Shown here piece by piece: positions 38,526 to 47,659 of a stretch of DNA of 64,000 bases. This DNA is from an uncultured Pseudomonadales bacterium (lineage in GTDB: Bacteria > Pseudomonadota > Gammaproteobacteria > Pseudomonadales > Azotimanducaceae): NCBI GenBank assembly GCA_938017975.1, contig CALIKQ010000005.1, positions 29,429-93,428 on the forward strand, in the 5' to 3' direction. How positions within the stretch are numbered: position 1 is the first letter of the stretch; each line of letters starts with the position of its first letter. The notes beneath the pieces were generated by a model. That model was not told the DNA's origin. It did not search any database and saw only the letters and a list, made by a program, of their open reading frames with translations. Both the position numbers and the translations under genes were made by a program.

Positions 38526-38879
38526 ATGAAAATCATCATTTCAGGCACCGTAGATTTAGATCCAGAGCAAATGGATGCAGCAATGGTCGCAGCCAAGCCA
38601 TTGATCGAGGGTGCATTGACGCAGGACGGCATACTTGATTACGACTGGTGCCCGGATCCATTGACCCCCGGACGCGTGCGAGTGTTTGAGCGATGGGAAT
38701 CTGAGGCAGCGCTTCAGAATCATTTTAATAACCATTGGTACAACGATATGCGGATGGCTCTGGCCCAGTTTGGTATTCGAGGTGCTGATGTTTTGAAATA
38801 TCGCATCGAGCTTGCGGAGCCGGTTTATGACGAAACAGGGACTGCTCGGGCCGACTTTTTCACTGAGACGTCTGCCTAA
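38526..38879 (+). CDS. ABM-domain (putative quinol/antibiotic-biosynthesis monooxygenase-like) protein
   Basis: The start has AGGAG upstream. The protein has MKIIISGTVDL....FERWESEAALQNHF, the typical ABM C-terminal block. Confidence 0.5.
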   Translation: MKIIISGTVDLDPEQMDAAMVAAKPLIEGALTQDGILDYDWCPDPLTPGRVRVFERWESEAALQNHFNNHWYNDMRMALAQFGIRGADVLKYRIELAEPVYDETGTARADFFTETSA

Positions 38880-39261
38880 AGGATCCCAATAAGGGCCTTT
38901 ACCTTTTGGAACAGACCAACAAACCGTCAGCCTTGACTGTTTAGAGGCCCTCCCGCATGATTTGGCTCCGCAAGGGTCGGTGACTTGCTTGCTTGGAGAG
39001 CGTTGGTTTTAGGGGCTAAGAGCGAAGGTGTTTCGTCTATTCAGGATGGAAACGGTTGCGCTTTTGAAAAGTGAGATGTGTTAACTGATTTTGAGCGGTG
39101 TGTTTCAGAGATCTGTGCATCGATCAGAAGGCTAAGAAACGCGGACGAACAATAAAGCGGTACAGGCCTGTGTTAGGAAAGCACCTAAGCTGCGCAGGGT
39201 TGAGAATGGGAGTCGTTTTGAGCGACTCGAAAGCAAATTTTAGATAGGGCGGGATGACATC

Positions 39262-40248
39262 GTGGCCAAAAAAATAACCAACAAAACATTGACCGATTTG
39301 CACCTGAAGATGGTGCGTATCAGACGCTTTGAGGAAGAAGCAGGAAAGCTGATGGAGGACGGGAAAATTCCAGGGGCTTTACACCTTTATGTCGGTCAAG
39401 AGGCTGTTGCCGTTGGCGTTATGGCGCACCTTTCCAACGCAGATCAGATCACCAGTACGCATCGTGGCCATGGCCATGTGATTGCTAAAGGCGGCGAGTT
39501 TTCACCGATGTTTGCCGAGCTTTATGGAAAAGCCACGGGCTATTGCAAAGGCAAAGGGGGAAGCATGCATATTTCGAATATGGCGCTCGGGATCTTGGGC
39601 GCAAACGGAATTGTTGGTGGCGGTCCGCCGATCGCTATGGGCGCTGCATTCTCTAATAAGTTCCGAAAAACAAAGCAGGTTTCTGTCACATTCTTCGGCG
39701 ATGGCGCGTCTAATGAAGGTAGTTTCCATGAAGCTGCAAATATGGCGGCGCTGTACCAACTGCCCTGTGTATTCGTCTGTGAAAATAATGGTTTTGGGGA
39801 GTATACGGCCCAGACGAACCACCAGGCGGTAACAGACGTTGCTGATCGTGCGGCGGGATACGGAATGCCTGGCGTGGTTGTCGACGGCATGGATGTGATG
39901 GCCGTTTATGAAGCTGCCGAGGCTGCAGTTGAGCGGGCACGGTCGGGTCAAGGTCCGACGCTCTTAGAGTGTAAGACCTATCGATATTATGATCATGTCG
40001 GTGTTCGGGGAATGGGGCTGACCTATCGGACTGATGAAGAAGTCGAGGCTTGGAAGGCTCGAGATGCCATCGAAAGTTTCGAAGCTTTATTGATCAAGCA
40101 AGGCGTATCAACAAAAAAGAAAATTGAAAATGTCTACGCACGGGTCAACGAAGAAATTCTAGAGGGCGTTGCATTTGCAGAGTCCTCACCGTTCCCGACC
40201 GAGGAAGACTTGTTGCAAGATGTTTACTTTGTAGGAGCTGCGTCATGA
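39262..40248 (+). CDS. Thiamine-diphosphate-dependent 2-oxoacid/acetoin dehydrogenase E1 alpha subunit
   Basis: It has a GTG start. The TPP-binding region is GDGASNEGSFHEAANMAA..LP..FVCENNG, and HRGHGH is upstream. Confidence 0.85.
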   Translation: MAKKITNKTLTDLHLKMVRIRRFEEEAGKLMEDGKIPGALHLYVGQEAVAVGVMAHLSNADQITSTHRGHGHVIAKGGEFSPMFAELYGKATGYCKGKGGSMHISNMALGILGANGIVGGGPPIAMGAAFSNKFRKTKQVSVTFFGDGASNEGSFHEAANMAALYQLPCVFVCENNGFGEYTAQTNHQAVTDVADRAAGYGMPGVVVDGMDVMAVYEAAEAAVERARSGQGPTLLECKTYRYYDHVGVRGMGLTYRTDEEVEAWKARDAIESFEALLIKQGVSTKKKIENVYARVNEEILEGVAFAESSPFPTEEDLLQDVYFVGAAS

Positions 40249-41246
40249 GCGAAGCAATAAAAGATCAACCCAGAGTTTTGCCCTATGTCTCCGCAATTAC
40301 TGAAGCTGTTCAACAAGTGCTCAAGGAGCAGGATAATGCTTTTGTCGCTGGCGAAGATGTTGGCCAGGCGGGCAGTGTTTTCGGTTACTACCAAGGCTTA
40401 CTCGCAGAATTTGGTGATCGGAGAATTGTGGATACTCCAATCAGTGAGAAAGGCATCATTGGACTGGGCGTAGGAGCTGCTGCAACAGGCTGTCGTCCTA
40501 TTCTGGATGTGATGTTCATGGACTTTTTAGGTGAGTGCATGGATGAAGTCGCCAACCAAATGGCGAAAATGCGATTTATGTTCGGCGGTGGCGCTACGTT
40601 ACCGATTACTGTGTTAACGATGGCAGGAGCTGGGATGAACCTTGCCGCTCAGCATTCCCAGAGTTGGGAGGCGTGGCTAGCACACTTGCCCGGTGTCAAG
40701 GTCGTGATGCCCTCTAACGCTTACGATGCGAAGGGTCTCATTATTGCGGCTGCGAGGGATGATAATCCTGTTTTTGTTGTGCTCAATAAGATGAGCCTCG
40801 CAATGCCCGCAGAGGTGCCAGAGCATATGTACGAGGTTCCGATTGGCACCTCAGCCATCGTTAGGCCAGGAACGAATTTTACAATTCTTGCAATTGGACG
40901 AATGGTGCACGAAGCGCTTGCCGCAGCGAAAACTTTGGAAGCACTGGGCGTCGACTGTGAAGTGATCGATGTAAGAAGTATTCAGCCTTTCGACAGCGCG
41001 ACAGCGGTGACATCGATTGAGAAAACACATCGCGCGCTGATTGTTCATGAAGCGGTCCGGTTCGGCGGTTTTGGCGGCGAGATTGTGGCGCAGCTCCAAG
41101 AAGAAGCGTTCGATTATCTAGATGCCCCGATTGCGCGGGTTGGTGCTCCTTTCTCTCCTGTGCCTTATAGTCCGGCGCTTGAAAAAGTGTATATACCGAA
41201 CGCCGACAATATTGTTGCGGAAGTTAAAAAGGTTCTGGGACTCTAA
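40245..41246 (+). CDS. 2-oxoacid/acetoin dehydrogenase E1 beta subunit
   Basis: It has a 4-nt overlap with E1 alpha. Transketolase-like pyrimidine-binding and C-terminal domains are present (VDTPISEKGIIGLGVGAA...). Confidence 0.85.
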   Translation: MSEAIKDQPRVLPYVSAITEAVQQVLKEQDNAFVAGEDVGQAGSVFGYYQGLLAEFGDRRIVDTPISEKGIIGLGVGAAATGCRPILDVMFMDFLGECMDEVANQMAKMRFMFGGGATLPITVLTMAGAGMNLAAQHSQSWEAWLAHLPGVKVVMPSNAYDAKGLIIAAARDDNPVFVVLNKMSLAMPAEVPEHMYEVPIGTSAIVRPGTNFTILAIGRMVHEALAAAKTLEALGVDCEVIDVRSIQPFDSATAVTSIEKTHRALIVHEAVRFGGFGGEIVAQLQEEAFDYLDAPIARVGAPFSPVPYSPALEKVYIPNADNIVAEVKKVLGL

Positions 41247-41249
41247 GGA

Positions 41250-42239
41250 ATGCACGCCATTGGGTTGGTGGCCAACCCTGCATCGGGAAAAGACATTCGT
41301 CGTCTGGCTGGCAAGGCTTCGGTTTTTGACAATCGCGAAAAATTAGCGATCGTCAAGCGTGCAGTTGCTGGAGCAATCGCGACTGGCGCAGAGCGATTTG
41401 TCTATATGAATGACTCTCATGGCATCGTCTCCGAGGCGATCAAGGCGATTCGAGTGCCGAGGGGTGTTCGCTTTGAGGCGCTACCGAGTCCTAAGACGTC
41501 TTCTGCGATGGACACAACCGCAGCAGCTGAACAAATGGCCTCGAGAGACTGCGCTGTGGTTCTAGTCTTAGGCGGCGACGGGACGAATCGCGCTTTCGTC
41601 AAAGGCTGGCGAGGAGCAACGTTGGTGTCTTTGTCCACGGGAACGAACAATGTATTCCCGGTGATGGCTGAGGCAACGGTGGCAGGGATGGTCCTGGGCT
41701 TGATGGCGACAGGAGGCCTAAAAGCGCGGTCGGTGGCGCGGCGGGTTAAGATTATTGACGTATCGATCGATGGGGAGGCGGACGATTTAGCCTTGATCGA
41801 TGCAGTCGCAACGAGTGACACGTTTATCGGTGCTCGGGCCTTACTTGATCCTGATCGATTAAAGGAAGCACTACTGTGTCGAGCCGAGCCTGCAGCGGTA
41901 GGTATGACCAGTCTTGGAGGTTTGATCCGGCCGGTGGCCGATGAGGATGATTTTGGCCTACACCTCGTTTTCTCAAAAGACGGTCGTTGCTTAAAGGCGC
42001 CTATCGGACCAGGCCTTTTCGCGACGCTGAAGGTGGGTTCGACTCGGAAAGTCAGATTTGACCACGCCATTGCCCTGAAGGGGCCTCTGGTGTTGGCTTT
42101 TGACGGAGAGCGAGAGCGGATGGTTGGTATGGGTCAGAATGTGAGGATGACGATCTCAAGGACGGGTCCTTGGGTTGTTGACCTCAATCAAGCCATGCAG
42201 CTTTGCGCGAAGAAAAAATTGCTGTTGGAATCTAACTAG
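41250..42239 (+). CDS. ATP-NAD kinase/diacylglycerol-kinase-fold protein, AcoX-like
   Basis: It has GLVANPASGKD and the GGDGT signature (VLVLGGDGTNRAF). It is embedded between E1 beta and E2, like the acoX genes of acetoin operons. Confidence 0.6.
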   Translation: MHAIGLVANPASGKDIRRLAGKASVFDNREKLAIVKRAVAGAIATGAERFVYMNDSHGIVSEAIKAIRVPRGVRFEALPSPKTSSAMDTTAAAEQMASRDCAVVLVLGGDGTNRAFVKGWRGATLVSLSTGTNNVFPVMAEATVAGMVLGLMATGGLKARSVARRVKIIDVSIDGEADDLALIDAVATSDTFIGARALLDPDRLKEALLCRAEPAAVGMTSLGGLIRPVADEDDFGLHLVFSKDGRCLKAPIGPGLFATLKVGSTRKVRFDHAIALKGPLVLAFDGERERMVGMGQNVRMTISRTGPWVVDLNQAMQLCAKKKLLLESN

Positions 42240-42249
42240 GGGAGTCTGA

Positions 42250-43650
42250 ATGCCCAGAGAAATTTATTTGGTGAAAGTGGGTATGACCATGACCGAGGGA
42301 ATGGTTTCGGAATGGTTTATTGCCGACGGTGCACCCGTCAAGAAAGGCGAGATGTTGTACTCGTTGGAGACTGAAAAGGTTAATTTAGACGTTGATGCCG
42401 AGATGGATGGCATCGTTAAGCATACCGTGGCAGCGGGTGAAATGATGGCGCCAGGAGACATCGTCGGTTATATCTTCGCCGCCGACGAACCTATTCCAGC
42501 GGACTTTATTGGGGCGGCCCCGGGCGCCGGTGTGGTCGAAAGTTCTGAGGTGCCTGTTGTTCAAGACACCGCAATCGTGGCAGCTGCCGAGCCACCTGCA
42601 AGTGATACCACTTCGATGGCAGGGGGGCGTCTCCGCGCATCACCAGCTGCGCGCCGATTGGCTGGGGAGCTGGGTGTCGTGATCAGTGCGCTGACTGGTT
42701 CGGGACCAGGCGGAAGGATTGTTGAAGCCGACGTTCGCGCATCGAGCGCATCAGGATCGGTGGGCACCGGATCGGTAGCGAATCTGCAAACAACGCCTGA
42801 GGTCAGCGTTCTAGCATCGCCCCTTGCCAAGCGAATTGCTGCTGAGCGGGGGATCGACCTCTCGACCGTTCGCGGCTCTGGACCGGGGGGGAGAATTTTA
42901 CAGGCGGATCTCGATCGGCCCGAAATTGCCACGCCCGCGAGTCTACCAGCGAAGCCTGGCCCCAGCGCTGGAACGAGCATTCCGATTAAGGGCATGCGGA
43001 AGACCATTGCGCAGCGTATGCATCAGAGTCTGCAGGAGACAGCGCAGCTTTCAATGGATATGGCGGCTCAAATGGATGATGCGGTCAAGTTGCGTAGTCA
43101 ATTGATCAAAGAATGGGAAGGTCAGGCTAAGCCAACTTTTACTGACCTCGTGATCAAAGCAGCGGCCAAAGCTTTGGCAGATCATCCCATGATGAACAGT
43201 GTGTTCGGCGAACGAGAAATTACTCTGATCGAGGAGATCAATATCGGACTTGCCGTTGCAGTCCCAGAGGGTTTGTTGGTTCCGGTGATTCGAAATGTCC
43301 AAAACCTCGGTTTAAGAGATATCGCAATCGAGAGTGCCCGGCTTGCCAGTGCGGCGCGTGCGGGGACGTTGGGCCTTGATGACTACGCGGGCGGAACTTT
43401 CACGGTTTCAGCTCTAGGGATGTTTGGGGTCAACTCCTTTACGCCAATCATTAATCAACCGCAGGTTGGTATTCTTGGTGTTAACCAGCTTTTCGATGGG
43501 CTTGCTTGGGAGGGGGATAAGCCAGTGAAAGCCAAGCAGATGAATTTATCACTGACCTGGGATCACCGAGTGGTTGATGGAGCCCCAGCTGCAGAATTTC
43601 TAGCCAGTGTTGTGGAATACCTGAATGAGCCTTATAGGTTGCTGCTATGA
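42250..43650 (+). CDS. Dihydrolipoamide acyltransferase (E2) with one lipoyl domain and two peripheral-subunit-binding domains
   Basis: The lipoyl-Lys context is SLETEKVNLDV. Two PSBD repeats are present (ASPAARRLAGELGV..GSGPGGRIVEADV and ASPLAKRIAAERGI..GSGPGGRILQADL). The catalytic motif is DHRVVDGA. Confidence 0.85.
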   Translation: MPREIYLVKVGMTMTEGMVSEWFIADGAPVKKGEMLYSLETEKVNLDVDAEMDGIVKHTVAAGEMMAPGDIVGYIFAADEPIPADFIGAAPGAGVVESSEVPVVQDTAIVAAAEPPASDTTSMAGGRLRASPAARRLAGELGVVISALTGSGPGGRIVEADVRASSASGSVGTGSVANLQTTPEVSVLASPLAKRIAAERGIDLSTVRGSGPGGRILQADLDRPEIATPASLPAKPGPSAGTSIPIKGMRKTIAQRMHQSLQETAQLSMDMAAQMDDAVKLRSQLIKEWEGQAKPTFTDLVIKAAAKALADHPMMNSVFGEREITLIEEINIGLAVAVPEGLLVPVIRNVQNLGLRDIAIESARLASAARAGTLGLDDYAGGTFTVSALGMFGVNSFTPIINQPQVGILGVNQLFDGLAWEGDKPVKAKQMNLSLTWDHRVVDGAPAAEFLASVVEYLNEPYRLLL

Positions 43651-45005
43651 ACGAATTTGATGTGGTGGTCATTGGGGGAGGCCCGGGCGGTTATGCTGCT
43701 GCAATTCGGTGTTCTCAGCTGGGACTATCGGTAGCGCTGGCTGAGCAAGAGGCGCTCGGCGGCACTTGCCTGAATTGGGGGTGCATCCCTACAAAGTCGT
43801 TACTCCAATCGGCCGATCTTTATCAGCAGATTTTGGGTGCTGATTCCTATGGGATCAGTGTCGGCAATGTCACGTTTGATCTGGAAAAAATGGTGGATCA
43901 GTCAAGGCAAGCTGCGCATCAGTTAAGCCAAGGTGTCGCGCAATTGATGAAGAAAAACAAGGTTAAGATTTTCAATGGCGAGGCATCGATTCAGAGTGTG
44001 GGCACAGTCGGTATTAATGGGGAAACCTTGATGACCGACAGCATCATCGTAGCTTCTGGCGCTGAGCAAAAAAACTTGGGCGCAATCGCCATTGATGGTC
44101 AAAACATTTGGGGCGCCCGCGAAGCCATGACGCCGTCAAAGCTACCCAAGGAGTTGCTGATTATTGGTGCTGGCGCAATCGGGGTCGAGTTCGCAAGCTT
44201 CTATCGGTCTCTGGGTTCAGCTGTCACGCTTTTAGAGGTTGCGCCGGAGATTTTGCCTGCGGAGGATCAAGAAATTTCTCGTTTAGCCCGTGAGGCGTTG
44301 GTGAGCCGTGGGATTGAGGTGCTTGTCGGACAAGGTGTTGATGGTCTTGAATCTGCTGATCACGGTGTTGCTGCAGTCATCGAGGGCGAAGTGCGGAGGT
44401 TTGATGCCGCAATTCTCTCAGTAGGCGTAAAAGCGCGCATCGCCTCATTGGGCCTCGAAGCGCTTGGTGTTGAGATGGAGGGATCTTTTATAAAGGTTGG
44501 TGATCGTCAGCAAACCTCAGTTCCTGGGATCTATGCCATCGGCGATGTGGCGGGAGCCCCCTGTCTGGCGCACAAAGCAACGCATGAAGCGATGATCGTG
44601 TCCGAAGTTATTGCGGGTCAATTGCCGGAGCCTCTGCGTCGAGAACGTATCCCCGGATGCACCTATAGCGCGCCGCAAGTTGCCAGTATTGGGCTGCGCG
44701 AGCAAGATGCTGGCGATCGTGCGCTCAAAATTGGAAGGTTTCCACTGTATGCGAACGGCAAGTCGGTGGTCGCAGGTCATCCCGAAGGCATGATTAAAAC
44801 AGTTTTTGATGCACAAACCGGCGCGCTACTCGGAGCGCACATGATTGGTGAAGGCGTGACTGAATTGATTCAAGGCTTTGCTGTGGCGATTGGTCTCGAA
44901 ACGACAGAACACGAGTTGATTGAAACGATCTTTCCGCACCCAACTGTCTCTGAAGCTATGCAGGAGTCAGTGTTGATGGCGTTTGATCGTCCCCTACATC
45001 TTTAA
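43647..45005 (+). CDS. lpdA: Dihydrolipoyl dehydrogenase (E3)
   Basis: It has GGGPGGYAAA and the redox disulfide GGTCLNWGCIPTK. The C-terminus has HPTVSE. It has a 4-nt overlap with E2. Confidence 0.9.
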   Translation: MNEFDVVVIGGGPGGYAAAIRCSQLGLSVALAEQEALGGTCLNWGCIPTKSLLQSADLYQQILGADSYGISVGNVTFDLEKMVDQSRQAAHQLSQGVAQLMKKNKVKIFNGEASIQSVGTVGINGETLMTDSIIVASGAEQKNLGAIAIDGQNIWGAREAMTPSKLPKELLIIGAGAIGVEFASFYRSLGSAVTLLEVAPEILPAEDQEISRLAREALVSRGIEVLVGQGVDGLESADHGVAAVIEGEVRRFDAAILSVGVKARIASLGLEALGVEMEGSFIKVGDRQQTSVPGIYAIGDVAGAPCLAHKATHEAMIVSEVIAGQLPEPLRRERIPGCTYSAPQVASIGLREQDAGDRALKIGRFPLYANGKSVVAGHPEGMIKTVFDAQTGALLGAHMIGEGVTELIQGFAVAIGLETTEHELIETIFPHPTVSEAMQESVLMAFDRPLHL

Positions 45006-45298
45006 TTCGTCTTCAGACGGAATGCTTACTGCTTGATTGTTCCAGTTTTGGCGCCTCATAGTCGGCGGCGAACGCGGGGCGGTGTCCTTAAGGGGCTGAG
45101 CACCGGGTCGCGCGTGATGTGAACGAAAGGTCAGTTTGTGCGCCCGAAGGTGGGGTGATCTCTTTAGGTGTTCAGAAATCTGCGGAGAAAGCTTTTCGCG
45201 CGGACTGTTAGTGCGAAAGTCTTTGAATAACGGTCACCCTGCCGCAGCCACTTTTGGTGCTCGCGGCTGGGCAGGATGACACGACACTTATGAGGGTT

Positions 45299-45601
45299 TT
45301 AACCCGCGTGCATGCTTTGTGAAATGACCGAGAACCCACTGGTCGCGGCAAGACGTTTGCCAACCACAGCTTGGTAATCATCAGAGTTGTACCACGCTTT
45401 TGCTGCTTCTGTAGATTCGAATTTAATGATGACGGTTTGACCTCCAGGGGGCTCGCCTTCGATGGTCTCTGCTGCAACGTCAAAAGCAACCAATTCTGCT
45501 CCATATTTAGCAAGCGTGGGTCCAGCGCCTGCGCTGTATTCGGCGTAGAGGGCTGGGTCGTTAACACTGTATTGGGCAATAAAAAAGGCTGCCATAATCA
45601 T
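45299..45601 (-). CDS. DUF1330 domain protein
   Basis: Length is 100 aa. It has IAQYSVNDPALYAEY......L.KYG......D.....EG......VIIKFES.EAAKAWYNS.DYQ, typical of DUF1330. Confidence 0.65.
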   Translation of the reverse strand: MIMAAFFIAQYSVNDPALYAEYSAGAGPTLAKYGAELVAFDVAAETIEGEPPGGQTVIIKFESTEAAKAWYNSDDYQAVVGKRLAATSGFSVISQSMHAG

Positions 45602-45616
45602 CTCCTTGGGTTGGGG

Positions 45617-46447
45617 TTAAGCTGTTTCTCTTGGGGTGTTTCGGGCGCGATAGCCTGGGGCCAAACCGCCGCGCTCATCGCGAATATCAAATTCATGACT
45701 CAAGTCTTCGACCCACTGAATGCTTCCAGACCGCGCCATTAAATCGTCGCATAAAGCAAGGGCTGGAACCGTTCGGCCAACGCCCAGGGGTGTTTGAGAC
45801 TCTGATAAATCGGTGCCGTTTTGCTCGGCATGAGCCGCTATAAATTCTGTCGCAACTGAACCAGGGTATAGCGAGATCGCAGCAACCCCCTTCGGCTCGA
45901 GTTCGATGGCCATGTCTGCGGTCAGACGGTCTAAACCGGCCTTGCCTGCCCCATAGGAGGATGAAAAATGGTAAGACAGGCCACCCGGCGATGAAACGTT
46001 CACGATGAGGCTGCCTGGACCCGCAGCAAACAGAAGCGGTGCTGCGTGCCAACTCGCAACGTAGTGTGCTCGAAGGCCGATGCCTACTTGGTCATCCCAG
46101 ACTTGGATGGGATGGTCCCAAAAGCCGCCGCCCCAAGCGGGGGGACTTGGAATTTTGTAGACGTTGTTGACCAGAATATCGATATGGCCGGCTTCGTCTG
46201 CGACCTTTTTAAAGAAGGCCTCTATTTCATGGTCATTGGCGTGATCGACCTGGGTGCCTATCCCAATCCCGCCGGCTTCTTCGATTGCTGCAACGCTGCC
46301 ATTTAGGGTCAGTGCCCCGTCGCCATTGGAGCGACCAGTGATATAAACGGTTGCCCCTTCTTCAGCGAGGGCGATGGCGCAGCCTCTGCCAATGCCGCGA
46401 GTAGCGCCGGTCACTACGCAAATTTTTCCTTCCAGTCGACCCGTCAT
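45617..46447 (-). CDS. Short-chain dehydrogenase/reductase (SDR)
   Basis: I chose the internal ATG at 46447, preceded by GAGGAG. It has VVTGATRGIGRG and YGAGKAG (Y-x3-K). The long N-terminal extension in the ORF track overlaps the upstream ACAD gene. Confidence 0.75.
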   Translation of the reverse strand: MTGRLEGKICVVTGATRGIGRGCAIALAEEGATVYITGRSNGDGALTLNGSVAAIEEAGGIGIGTQVDHANDHEIEAFFKKVADEAGHIDILVNNVYKIPSPPAWGGGFWDHPIQVWDDQVGIGLRAHYVASWHAAPLLFAAGPGSLIVNVSSPGGLSYHFSSSYGAGKAGLDRLTADMAIELEPKGVAAISLYPGSVATEFIAAHAEQNGTDLSESQTPLGVGRTVPALALCDDLMARSGSIQWVEDLSHEFDIRDERGGLAPGYRARNTPRETA

Positions 46448-46508
46448 TGAATTCTCCTCGTTAATCAAAATTGAATCTGCAGCCTTGGCAGTCTCGTTTG
46501 TTGTCGCG

Positions 46509-47636
46509 TTATAACAGCTCACCAAGCTTAGCGCGCTGCCAAACGCCATCGCCAAATAGAAATTGGCTGTGCATTTGACGTTTGTGGTAGATCTGAACGT
46601 CGGCTTCCCAGGTGAACCCGATACCGCCATGAAGTTGCGTTGACCGATTGGCACAAAATTCAGCTGTATCAGAGGCACTTGATTTAGCGAGATGCGCGCA
46701 TCGTGCGGCATCTTCTGGCTCAAAATCGTAAGCAGCAGCGGCCTGATACACCAAGGAGCGTGTCTCATCCGCGGTGATCATCATATCGACAATCGGGTGT
46801 TTAACGGCCTGAAAAAAACCGATCGGACGATCAAATTGTGAACGCACCTTTGCATATTCTGCCGTTGTTTGAAGTTGCCACTCAGCTGCGCCAGCAATGT
46901 CAGCGGCGGTGAGGGTTAAAAGCGCTGGCAGCGCTTTTTGAATACTCATGAGGCCCTGCCCAGCGGTCGTGAGCGCTTGGGCTTCTGTATGATCGAACTG
47001 AATCCGTGCCTGGTCACGGGTTAGGTCAACGATACGGTCATCGAACAGATGAACGTTGTCCCCTTGGCGGTTGACCTTGTATAAATCAATGCCGTCCGCG
47101 CTGTGAGCGGCAACAATCAGTACCTCTGATTTCTGCGCATCGGTGACATACCAAGATTGGCCCAGAAGTTTTCCATCTTCGACGCGCACGTCGGTAGAAT
47201 CTCCCTCAAGAGAGCCATCCTCTCCGTAGAGCGCAAGGCCAACTCGTGTACCTCCTGCCATTGCCTCAAGAAGTGCGTTGCCCTCGCTGGTGTCGATGGC
47301 GCGCAACAAAAATGTCGCAAGCAGGGTGTTGGTCAGTGGCGTGGCCAAGGCATAACGTCCGATTTCCTCGGCAATCGCCGTTGCGGCCACAAGACCCATG
47401 CCAATGCCGCCTTGCTCCTCAGGAATCGATACCGCGTGAATGCCCAGATCAACCGTCTGTTGCCAATTTTGGGCATCATAGAAAGCTGGGCGCTGATCGC
47501 CGTGGTAAGGGTCCTCGGTACCCTTGAGTGAGGGACGTAAATTCTCTACAGTTTTTTGCTCTGATAAGAATTTAGCATACGTGTCTTTGAGCATGCTGAT
47601 GTCTTCTGTGAAGCCAAAATCTTTAGGCGTTGTCAT
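46509..47636 (-). CDS. Acyl-CoA dehydrogenase family protein (lacks Glu at the MCAD catalytic-base position)
   Basis: It has ACAD C-terminal helices (QLHGGIGFTWE). The position aligned to MCAD YEGT reads LFGDG. Confidence 0.7.
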   Translation of the reverse strand: MTTPKDFGFTEDISMLKDTYAKFLSEQKTVENLRPSLKGTEDPYHGDQRPAFYDAQNWQQTVDLGIHAVSIPEEQGGIGMGLVAATAIAEEIGRYALATPLTNTLLATFLLRAIDTSEGNALLEAMAGGTRVGLALYGEDGSLEGDSTDVRVEDGKLLGQSWYVTDAQKSEVLIVAAHSADGIDLYKVNRQGDNVHLFDDRIVDLTRDQARIQFDHTEAQALTTAGQGLMSIQKALPALLTLTAADIAGAAEWQLQTTAEYAKVRSQFDRPIGFFQAVKHPIVDMMITADETRSLVYQAAAAYDFEPEDAARCAHLAKSSASDTAEFCANRSTQLHGGIGFTWEADVQIYHKRQMHSQFLFGDGVWQRAKLGELL

Positions 47637-47659
47637 GGTGTCTCCATTGCCGATGGCTG

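Noticed and set aside
39047-39059. Sigma-54-like element TGGAAACGGTTGC upstream of the aco-like E1 alpha gene (acetoin operons are often sigma-54/AcoR dependent)
   Set aside because: Only 8 nt separate the GG and GC dinucleotides, not the 10 nt in the TGGCAC-N5-TTGC consensus. No AcoR-type activator gene is present in the window.
41417-42070. Long antisense ORFs, for example 41417..42070 (217 aa), 42561..43007, 1399..1983, 11114..11563, 35387..35752 and 62370..62834
   Set aside because: These are shadow ORFs opposite well-supported genes. Their translations are Arg/Ser/Pro/Ala-rich and low in complexity, typical of GC-rich antisense frames, with no family motifs.
46448-46768. N-terminal extension of the SDR ORF 45617..46768, overlapping the ACAD gene end
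   Set aside because: The Rossmann motif follows directly after the internal ATG at 46447, which has a strong GAGGAG SD. The extension overlaps the ACAD coding region in another frame.
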